Source of the DNA: Catajapyx aquilonaris
Taxonomy: Eukaryota
Length of the DNA stretch: 64,000 nt
Direction: 5' to 3'
Assembly (NCBI GenBank): GCA_000934665.2
Contig: KZ538198.1
Coordinates: 1-64,000 of the forward strand
This document shows, piece after piece, positions 53,762 to 64,000 of this stretch; the first letter of the stretch is position 1; each line of letters starts with the position of its first letter. The position numbers and the translations under genes were made by a program. The notes below the pieces were generated by a model. The model was given only the letters and a program-made list of their open reading frames with translations. It made no database searches and had not been told where the DNA came from.

Positions 53762-56700
53762 TCCTCTCCTGGTACTACCCAGGGCATGAGTTCGTCTTTC
53801 CAACGTCAATTCCCCTCTTTTTGACCCAAAAGCGGTTTTGAGGAGAACGCTTATTGAAAAGAGGAGTTGCGGGCTCCAGGCAATTTCATTTTCACAAGTG
53901 CGTCTGACGTTGCTAATCAAACTGTTGGGGGGCGAATGAGGAAAAATGGTGGCGGACTATGTAAGCAATAGGTTTTTGGCTCCAAAAGAGAAAAGAAAGG
54001 TTCTGAAGAGCAAGAGGATCTCGACTGAACTTTTCGTAACGAGTTTTCCACAAAAGTGATCTTTGGAAAGATTCTTTTTGCGGGGGCGCGGCCTTTCAGG
54101 AAGGAATTTGTGAAGGGTTGGTAAAGGAGGTTTAGGGCCCTCCTAGTAACATTTCGGGGGTCACGGATTTTCGGGCCAACACCCGATATTGATTGGAGAT
54201 TTGCTTAATCGGGTGGCCGGTGGAAATGAGCCCAATCAGAGCCGAAAGATTCGCGTCTGAGGCAAAAACATCTGGTGGAAAGAGAGTGAATTTAGTAAGT
54301 GCACATAGAAAACCCGCATTATGGACCTCAGTTTCAACGGGGATTAGTCAACAGTTGAACCGCAGTTTTCATACGCGCAATTTCCCATCACTAATTCTCT
54401 TCGCAATGGGTTGAGAGTGGTCAAGTTTGTAGTCGAATGATTTTAATCATGAATTTCCAGGGCCTGTTGTGTCAAACCGCCAAATCAAATTTGAACCAGT
54501 GTTCATTACATATGAAAAGCTGTGCTCGAATAACCACGGGTAATACTGCACCTCTTGGGAAAGGATTCGGGAATTATTTATGCTCCGCCAGTGTAAATGT
54601 CGTTTGCTGAGGTTGTGCCATGGGAATTTTACCATAACGGGATCTATTCGGATTGTGACAATTGCTTAGTGTAGATAGAGTAACAATTGCCTGCCTACAG
54701 TTACCCAAGAAGTGAGGTGGTGTAGAGTTTACTATGCCCTGTTTGCCTTCAGGCTGTGTTTCCAACTTGGTTTAGCTGTATGGGTGGTATGTGATGAGTT
54801 GCCGTTATACACGTAATTACGTTTAATGACTGGTGGAGCGGTTTACAGTATATTGGGAAGCACATGTGGAAGTAATATACCTATAGGTACTGCACATATA
54901 AATCCTGTGATTAACACTACTGTCGCGGTATCAGAATACACTGCAATAATTTGGCCCAGTATTGGTGTTCCATATGATCTTTCCGGATTTCCTGAAAAAT
55001 AGCAATACTGTATTCAAATGAATATTACGAGGAGTTAATGGGCTGCATTCCCCTGAAACAATGTGAGAATGATAATGACATTAATTTAACCCAGTATGTA
55101 TATGCTGCCATCGCATGTTTCGCATCATACACCTTTTGATGTTATTTCAGTGTCAATAAGCCAAGTACCTGATTACTTACAGTGGAGGTTGCCCTCTCTG
55201 TGTACCATGTGGGATTTATGCGCAGTGAACATTATGGTTAGGTAGTGTGTGTAATATTTTTGCTCGAAATGAAATTGTTGTTTATTTTGGGGATGACATT
55301 GCGGTTCTCATTTAACAGTCTGTCATTTTCTGCGACACAGGTTCAAAATGCAATCATATGAAGTAGTTACAGTTTACCTGTATGTACCATTCGTGGCTTA
55401 AATAGAATAATAGATCCAGTCATCAAGTTTTGTGACTAATTTTACGACCCTAACTACGTTACCGTGAGATTTCATTTCCGCCTGAAAAGCAGTCATATTT
55501 TACACCGCACCAGCAGGTGAAAATGAACAGTAAGCGGGCACAAGTTGACCTACCTTGTGCAAACCACAATAATTTATTACCACTGTAACTGTAATGATAA
55601 CAGATGAGAGACATGCTCGCCTGCTTAATTGCTTCGTCAACCTGTGGAGGTGATGTACGACAGGAAATTCTGTGATTGGTTTATGTGCGAATAACTGGGA
55701 GAAGTCACTAAAACTACTGCATTCCCATGTTTGGCTATATTCATTAAATATGTAGCTAGAGAACTGGTCACAACTTTTTTAGCTTGCGTTCGAGCCATGC
55801 AAGACTCTTTCAGACCATATGAACCTCAAGGCTTCCCTAAGTTGGAAAATCCGAATTGAAAGGAGGGACCCCTCGAAGCCTTTGGCTTGAAAAGCCGCTT
55901 CCAATATAGACCAGACGACCTTCACCACTTCATATTGCATTATTCCATCCACCTTTTTTTCCCCTCCTCTCAGACCCCGGTCGGATCCATATGCCTACAA
56001 AGTGATCTTCATTTGTACCGAGTTCTGGGACCAACTTATATCTCTCTAGAGTAGGAGAAAAGAATGATAATGTTGGTTTTTCTTCTGCGATTCTGGCTGT
56101 GCGTTGAAAGGCGACTTTGAGAGCAAAGGTCATCAAGGGTAGGAATCCGCGGGGAAACGAAAGAGGATTCCGGTCGTGATCCGGAAAGGGAGGCTGTAAA
56201 AAAAAGAGAGGAAAAGCACATTCGGAATTTTCAGGGTCCCTAGCCAAACAGAAGAGGCAATACTGTATTTTATATGAGTCTCATGGTATGGAATGGGGAA
56301 CTTTCTTGTGTGCCATGTTGTACTCAATAAAAAAGAAAGTTTAAAACCACAAGGCACATGTCAGTTGTGTACACAATTCGTTTAGGGTAAATGCACAGAA
56401 AATATGTTATTTTATTTCTACATTGTACACCTACTTTTGGAAAGCCTTATGTATATTCTAATGGCACAAAATTGCACAATGAAGCATTGTTGCAGGATCA
56501 GTCATTGTCCTGCTGTCAGGACGAAAACATGTTTTTTTCCCAGCCAATTTCAACCGCTGCGTAATGATATGTCCTGAAGGGCTGCGACGGATGTACAGCA
56601 AAAACCCTCATGTATGCACAAGCGAATCCATGCCCCAAAGTACGCATTAAAAGTTGCTCGTTTTTTCCCTGCTTATATATGGTAATATACCCTGAAAGGA

Positions 56701-57563
56701 ATGGAGCTTCAGTCGGTGCTTGATAAAATTAATCCGATATTACAGTAGTTTAAGTTAGCTGCATGGGTAGTACCAACTAACATTCTCATTGTGGTACCAG
56801 CCGCCAAGGATATAATGATAAAAAGGGAATGGTGTATGGGAGGCTGAAGTTTCCTAGTATGACATGGCGGGTTGTCTAGGCCTAATGTGATCTGGGAGAC
56901 CCCAAACATGTCAGGAGAGGAGACAAGGACAGCGGGGTTATCTGGCTTGGGGCTTTAGGTGTGTGTCTATGGTCGGAACATCGGAGCCCAATAGGACGCA
57001 AGGGAGGCTTAATTTTCAAGCAGAGGCACATAAGGGAGGGAAGGCCTCTCTTCGGCGGAAAATGGCTTTTGCCGGCAAAACCGTGGAGGGACAGAGAGTG
57101 CTGGAGGCAAATTAATGAGAGGTTCGTGTTGGAATAATGCGTTCTGCCAAATAAGATGATGCCGGGAGTCTTTCGGGTTGAAGGGTATTATCCGGTCTGG
57201 TGGGCTTCGCGGGAAGAGGCCTTGGGATTGTTATCCGGTAGGCGACGTCTGATCGATAAGCTATATTGATTTCATTATCATCCATCGGGATACTTGCAAT
57301 CCGATGTTGCACCACGCGATTCAGCCGATCGGAAAATAACAGGTGCTGTAATAATCGGTATACAGTTTCAGTGTCCACTTTGGCCAGAAAGCTGCTTTAA
57401 AATTTAATTGCGGATATTGCATCGCGCTAAGTTTTGTGAGGGTTGACTCGTGGTCGTGGTCCAATAATACATATAGGTTCGGAGCAACCCATTTATTGCG
57501 ATCAGCCTGCAGCCAGGCCGTTTCACGACTCTTCTACACAAAAGAGCTCCCCCTAGGTCCACA

Positions 57564-57618
57564 CCCAGGCGCCCTCCTGCCATCTGGTGAGGGGACGTCA
57601 CAGTTTCCAGGTATCACA
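57564..57618 (+). repeat. Short dispersed repeat fragment, copy 2
   Basis: cccaggcgccctcctgccatctggtgaggggacgtcaca is similar to 27-79. Confidence 0.6.
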
Positions 57619-60600
57619 GGTGCATCGGACGCTCGGAATATTATTCTCATTATTCGGCCAGGTTAGCTAATCAAGGCCCCCGTAAAATTCTGGCCGTATT
57701 CCTAATTAATTTCGGCTCAATTTTTATTTCTGGCCTCAAGGCCCGGTGTCTAAGGCGTTATTAGGAGCAATCAAGCATTTCGTGTTCCGCTGCTTTTGGC
57801 GGACCTTAATCCAGTCGCCGCCTAATGAGCCAGCGCACGTTTTCATGATTTGCCACTGGCTTTAGGGCCCTCTATTAGAGGCACTGTAGGTGGCAGCTGG
57901 GAAGGCTTTATTTTTATTTTTACTACAAGTCCTCCTGGGATTTATCGAGCATGGCAATCAATAGCAATCCATTGGTGAGGGGTCAGCTGCATTTCCAGCC
58001 AGGCAGTTTCACGGCACCTACAATGGTGACAAACCCCATGCTTCTTTTCCTCCAAAACTTTCCCCTTGGACCAATGGCCAGCAGTCCTGGCCTGGACTCC
58101 AATTCCGGTTCATGGTTTTGGGTGTGGTCATTACCCGTGGAGACGCGTCGCTAACGTGCCTCCGGTTGGCCCTAGGTGAAGCTCATTAGGGGGGTTTCGC
58201 CTACAAACCATGGACTGAATTATTATTAGGGCCACTGCCTTTAAGGGTGGTTAATTCCAAATGTGCATTTGGATCAGTGGTTTCGTTCGGACTGCCGCAA
58301 TTAGCCCGATTGGAAGTTTTGGAGGTGTTATTGTTCTCATTAAAAGTTAGGGACGGTTGCGTTTAATTGTTCATTTCGTGGGGGGGATAGGATGGTCCGG
58401 TTTCTATCGGAAACCTGGTTGGTTGTCCTGTCAGCTTGGTTTGCGGTTGTTGACATGGACGGACTGTTTTTGTGCGGTGGATTTGTTTGTTGGGGTAGTG
58501 GCGGCTGTGTCAAAAATCTGCCGAGAGCTTGCTTATTCCTGATTTGAAAACAGGATTTTCGACAATGGTACCAATTTTAATCAGGGAAAATTTGGTTGTA
58601 TAAAAGTAGTTGAGCATATTGCGACTCAGTGGTGAAAATTCAAACTTGACAAACAGTTCGCAATGGCAGTGGACTGAATACAACTGAGAAACCGAATTTA
58701 TTTCTCTTCCAAATGAGGCTGTCCTTGGGTTCATCACGTTTCCCAACTCTAATTTGTCATCTTTTTGAATCTTGCTGACTAATAAAGTAAAACCCCGGAA
58801 CCGGTGGGCATCATTACTGGTAGGAAGAAAAGTCCGCGGCAAGTCTTTTCTGTCGCACAAGGATATTCCGAGACATGCAAACCTCCAACTCCTCTTCCTC
58901 TCCCTAATGACGACCTACATTTTGAGTTTCCTGCGCAGTATCCCACCCAGACCACGGAGTTCTCCAGAGATAATTCCTGACGTTTCGTCCTTTAATAAAT
59001 GATCCGGAACCTAGACGGAACTGAGGGGGATCCTTTCCATTCAAGGGCTTCGCGTGTGGTGTATTTCGTCGAAATCCCAAGCGTGGGATGCGCCTTCTTC
59101 GGACTAGATTGATTCCATAAATTCATATTAGACCTGAAGGAATCTAGCCCCCAAAGGTGTGCACCTTCGGGGTATCACTGATGGTGCCACGGGAATTCTT
59201 AAATATTTACAAGCCCAGCTGTGATGTTGCGGATACACGGTGGCTGCATTGCGATGAACTGCAGCAGTACACTGTTCTTAAATGAATTGGCTCGTTGCAG
59301 TGAAGGACTGCTCTTATAAATTGTGTTTGTTGCAATCCCAATCTTGTGCAAGTGGTTTCAGCGGCATGCCCACTGCAACTGCAATCTGCTTTCTGTAGGG
59401 TGTTCTAATATAATTGCTGTAATGAATTTCCGTTGACAAAGTAACCGTAAGCTGCTACTAACGTATGGGATCAGCAAGAACATAAATTTCGAACAAGAGC
59501 ATGCGACATGTTACGCACTTTTTGTTCAATATTTTGCAGGAGAGCACAGAGTTGCAGCTCATTCGGGATCTCTATTATATACTTCCTGGTTTTATGACCT
59601 TTCAGCACCATTCTACTCCTGAAAGCGAATGGCCTGCAATAAAAGTGTGGACTGATGACTGAATAGCGACTTCTCTCGTAGATGAAATAACCTGTGACGA
59701 AGTGTGGCGCAGCAAACAGCTTGTAACATCAGTGCTCTTGTTCGGACACAAGAGTGGTAACGACGGTTGAGTGTCGCTGAAGCGAGGGATGACTAACGAT
59801 GCGCTATTAAGTGCTGGTCATCCGTACCCAGCAGTCGGTCCGCGTTCATCCAGAACACCATCGCTATATACCGATGCGGGAAGACATAAAAATTCAAATA
59901 GAACCGATGAAAACGTCCATAAACTGTTCGATATTATAAGCTGCAGGATTTATACGTCATGTCAGAAAAGTATGATTCATGGGCATCAACTTGGGTTCGG
60001 AGCAAGTTTGCCGAAATGCAATAAGAGAGCGCAATTTCGGCGTAATTAAAAGTAGGTGGCAACCTCATATCCTGCGACTTGTCTGAGCCTGGGCCCAGCC
60101 AAGCCTATACCGCCATTAAACGTGAGTTATGGCGTCGCATCTTGCTGCAAGACACTTCTCGCGGAATGTACGCCTCTTTTTTTTTTGCACTTTTTAGGCA
60201 AAAATTTTAAGCCGCAGTAAGGCCTCGACGGCGGCGGCACCATGTGCGAAATCCGTACCGTGCCTGCTGCCAGGCGCAATTAGAGTGTAAGTAATTGAGG
60301 AGATTACATTACGTGCCACTGGGTCTGCCTGCCCTTGTCTTTATGGACTGGCGACTTCTGAGAAGGCACTTCAGACGGTTTAGGGCCCCGGGGCGAAGGG
60401 CTGGGTCCCTCGGACAGCCTCCTCTCTCATCGACATGCGCGTCATTCAGGGGAATTAGGTGATTTGGCCCGTCGACGCCGTCCTTTTTGCGACTCTCATC
60501 CACCTTCTCTCTCTAATGACATCAAGCACGGAGAGGTCAGGACAGTGGCATGGGCGTCCTGTCGACGGGCTAACGGCGTCATGCAAGTCACCTTATTAGG

Positions 60601-62929
60601 GGGAGGAACTTACTGGGGCGTACTCAGCCGGCTGCAGCGTTTTGGGCATTGATCCGATGCTTTTTAGATGCTGGGTTTGGGCGTTGCCAGGTGCTATTTG
60701 GGATTTCTGTAGCTCAGCAGTGAGCGAGATACGACGTCTCGCCATGCTTTGTGGCAGCGAGTTGCACCCCATTGGCTCACGTTACGATCTTGCCTTACCG
60801 CCAGATACTGTATGCGTGAATTATTTTTTGATATATTATTTTATATTTGAAAATGAACTAACATGATAGAGTATGCTAGGCTCCATACTGAATTGTTGAT
60901 ATAATTTGTAACTTGTTGCTTAAATTTATACAGGGCTCAGAATTTTTATGTTGATGCTCCAACTATACTTGGCTACTGTGACCACTCCATAAACATGTCC
61001 ACATGCTCCATAAGTCATCAGCGGATGGTCTGGAATAGCAACCAGTTTTTTTCCAACGTTCCTGACCAATGCTCGTAACTATCAGACCGAACATTATGGG
61101 AGGGTTAGTGGATTCGCGGCCGGTTTTTTTCTGCCCATGGAAATGCACTTGCCAACTCGGGGATTCGGAAGTGCATCTACCGGAAAGGCTCATTCATCCT
61201 CCTGAAATTTGATTGGATGTCGCAGTGTAGTACAACAGAATGACTGAGAGAAATCCGTTTAAATGGAAGGGTGGGGTTTGCATCCGCATCGCGGCAGGCA
61301 CTACCCCCAAAGTTAAGCCGGATCCAAGTCACATTATTCTGATTAAAGCCCGAGTAAATATATAGGGGGAGAAAGATCTGGGTCCAGTCATAAACAAGCC
61401 CCTCCACGGCCGAATTAAAGTGCATCTGATGAACGTGTGATGCTCTGCTTTCATTGCATGGTTATATCCTAAAATGGAGACGAAGGTCGGCTAATCCTGG
61501 ATTTCATTAAAGTGAAGCAGGAATAATTAGTATGATGCCCCAGGCGACCAATTTTTGCTGTTATAATTTTTGTCGGAACTGTACTTGAATTGCTCTCCAC
61601 ATGGTCATACCCGTTTGTTCCATTCAGATCCGACTTGTTGGGAAAATGAGCTGGGGATGTGGGAATATGGAATATATGATAATAGCTATTTGCACTGCCG
61701 CCACACCATGCTTTAATTATAGGTAGTATTTGCAGTACATGCTCTAATTAAACGTGGTCGCCAGGTGCAGTAGGCTGCTTTAAATCCCGGTCTTTTTTTA
61801 GAGATATTCACTGTGAGGTGGGAAATATTGAAATCAATATTTTTCAATTTTGGCCTAAATTCATAACCTGGGAGAAGTAGAGCGACGCCGCCATCGACTT
61901 GACAGGCATTTTTATATCCCTTTTCATGCTGAGGGGAAATCTATTGCACACGTAGCCCTGGTAAATGCAAGCCCCACCCCCACATAATTTCTATCCCCAT
62001 CCCCACCCCCAAAAAAGTGCAGGCTGCCCGTGAAACAGACGCCCGCCATCTCGCCATGAAAAATGGCGAAATATGGCGGACTAAATATGACGCTGGCCGG
62101 TGTCCACCGCGTCCTGCTGTCCAGTCGCATGTTATCAGTCGCTGGAGTAATTTATTCGCCGTGTGCAGCAACCAGCCTGGATGATCTCGTTCCAACACTG
62201 GCATATACCATTGTTCTCTAGTGTATTTCTCAATCCCATTGCTGATACTATACAATATCATCCATGTGTCCTGGCATACACGCAACCCATGCGCTTCTCT
62301 TGTGCTACAGGATCCCGCATTACCAGGCGTAGCAATTTCTTTACGATGTTCTCTGCACTGTTTGAGTGTATCAAGAGAAGGCCATGAATATGAATCTGGC
62401 TGGGCTTGAACCTTGTTAAGGACTGCAGGCTGGGTCTGGTCTCGAGGGAATGGCTCGCATGACAGCGAGAGCGTCCTGCATTGTAGCGGGCTCAGGAGAA
62501 TGGCATAATGGCCCCGGAGCATTTAGCGTGTTGTTCAGAATGCTCATCCCACTGGGAAAATGTACTTGAACTTACAGTGTGCTTTCAAAGTGAAACCTAA
62601 GTTTTGGTTAACCCTCGAAAGACCACTGGAACTCTAGTTGTCTACAGTTAGTTACCTTTTCGTGCAGTAACTTTAGTTCGACGGACATGTATTGCTAAGA
62701 GGGCTTTACGCTATACGATCAAACTCGTAATGATTACTCGAGTCCATGTATACTATACGGAGACAGTTTGGGGCACAATCGATGTGGACCCGCCTTAATC
62801 TGGGGCAGGGAATGTGCGGTCAACAAAGGCTCCGTATAACAGCATGTTTGTGAGGGGATGGAGGAGGGCGTGTAATAAATTGACTTGGGAATTCCAGTGA
62901 ATATAATTTGCTTTGTTTTCCTTCCGCAG

Positions 62930-63001
62930 TACATTGGAACTTTGGACGTCCCCCGGCCTTCCAGCCGAGTGGAGATAGTGGCTGCCATGAGAAGGATCAG
63001 G
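62930..63001 (+). CDS. NOS1AP: Internal coding exon of a NOS1AP/CAPON-like PTB-domain adaptor (equivalent to vertebrate exon 2)
   Basis: Acceptor ttgctttgttttccttccgcag (AG 62928-62929) and donor AGG|gtaagt (63002-63007). The 72 nt translate to [24 protein letters not shown], nearly identical to the recalled NOS1AP motif [24 protein letters not shown]. Phase 0 at both ends. Confidence 0.95.
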
Positions 63002-64000
63002 GTAAGTAGGCGTCCCAGCAGTTCTGGCCTCTGCTTTGATATCAGTTCGGAATTATATTGTGCTGCTTCCTTTTGCTGTGCCAGGAGAATAGCGAAGCGG
63101 TGAAATTTTTGCCAGGAATATTGCGGCTCAAAGCTGCAAATTCAACAGAGGAAGAAAGTCTGATATAGATGTTCCCATTATATGCGAGTTTTTTTTGAAA
63201 ATTTGTGCTTTGAGGATTGAATTCCAAGGCTCTCTTGTGAGTGAAAGGAATGGGCGGAAAAGGGAGAAAAGAGTGTGTTCGCTGGTGCAGAAAAAGTGGG
63301 ATTAATTGTTCGATTTAATCCCATTTGAAGGACAGGCGCGCCCAGCTTCTTCGATGGTGAGACGGAAATGGAGGAGTGTTGGGAAGAAATGTTGTCAGCC
63401 TGTGTTTCCGTCAGTTGTGAAGTAATGGGTATCAAAGTTGTGGCCGCGTTCTTGTGGAATGGACTGTCTGTTTGAAAGAGAGAAAGTGCGAGGCTTTTCC
63501 GTTATGTAATCTTAAACCAAAGCATGATTATCAATTGTTGTAATAATATGGTAGCCTGTTGATTCTGAACGCATTCTGGAGCCTGAAATTAGTGGTGTTT
63601 ATTTATGAATGGAGAAAACGTTGGTCGCCGGTGCTGGGCTGCCTAATGAAAGTAAAGGCACAGTGTATAAGCCTATAGGAGAGAACTTATCGGGGGCCAG
63701 ATCGGTAGAGCCTGTCCCGGAAATCCTTTTAGATGTCACTGTAACCCTGGCCATCGATCCTGTACTTTTTTTTTACTGGTCCAGAATACATTTTCCTTAT
63801 TTGCAAATCACATTGGAGTAGGCGAGTTCATCGTGACCCGACTTCAGAATCATTTTTATGGAAGGGAGGAACTTTTAAGCGTATCCGACCTTCAGCCTTT
63901 TGGGACTTGTATCATCCCCAAAGCAGACGGCTGGGGATTACCTTCGCGAGTAATCTGATTGTCACACATAAGGACGGTTTTGTAGGCACATCACGGTTTC
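63002..64000 (+). other. Start of the next intron of the NOS1AP-like gene
   Basis: GTAAGT donor at 63002. The expected next exon (YEFKAK..KKKKV) is not seen before the window ends. Confidence 0.85.

Larger units (their letters stand above)
1..62929 (+). other. Probable very long intron upstream of the NOS1AP-like PTB exon (5' end likely outside the window)
   Basis: No canonical first coding exon (D.RIPLH.E.AF.HGI.F.AK) or other recognisable sense-strand coding exon was found by eye. Sense-strand recursive splice sites at 11039 and 28517 imply this DNA is transcribed on +. The 5' limit is not established. Confidence 0.65.

Noticed and set aside
61941..62522. Longest ORF in the track (193 aa, minus strand)
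   Set aside because: No recognisable domain, non-ATG start and no convincing splice or gene context. Compatible with chance, though a decayed transposon fragment cannot be excluded without a search.
1..64000. Prokaryotic-type systems (operons, CRISPR arrays), rRNA, tRNA, intact transposase or reverse transcriptase genes
   Set aside because: No long ORFs, no regularly spaced repeat-spacer array and no tRNA/rRNA signatures seen. The sequence behaves as animal intronic DNA, and the remaining short ORFs look like noise.

Overview
Eukaryotic DNA, probably from an invertebrate animal: there are no long ORFs, spliceosomal signals are present, and CpG is not obviously depleted by eye. The only securely recognisable coding sequence is a 72-nt, phase 0/0 exon on the + strand at 62930-63001 ([24 protein letters not shown]). 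It matches the second coding exon (PTB domain) of NOS1AP/CAPON. I found no canonical first exon (...RIPLH.E.AF.HGI.F.AK), so most of the window is probably one very long intron of this gene. The most interesting signal is two sense-strand recursive-splicing ('ratchet') cassettes in that intron, at 11039/11040 and 28517/28518. Each has a branch point, a pyrimidine tract and CAG|GTAAGAG, followed 34 or 37 nt later by a GTGAGT donor that defines a short, frame-disrupting cryptic exon. Also present are a TA-flanked palindromic MITE, a perfect 67-bp palindrome beside it, small repeats, a consensus CTCF-type motif, and low-confidence candidates for alternative first exons and antisense exons. All analysis was by eye; no searches were run.
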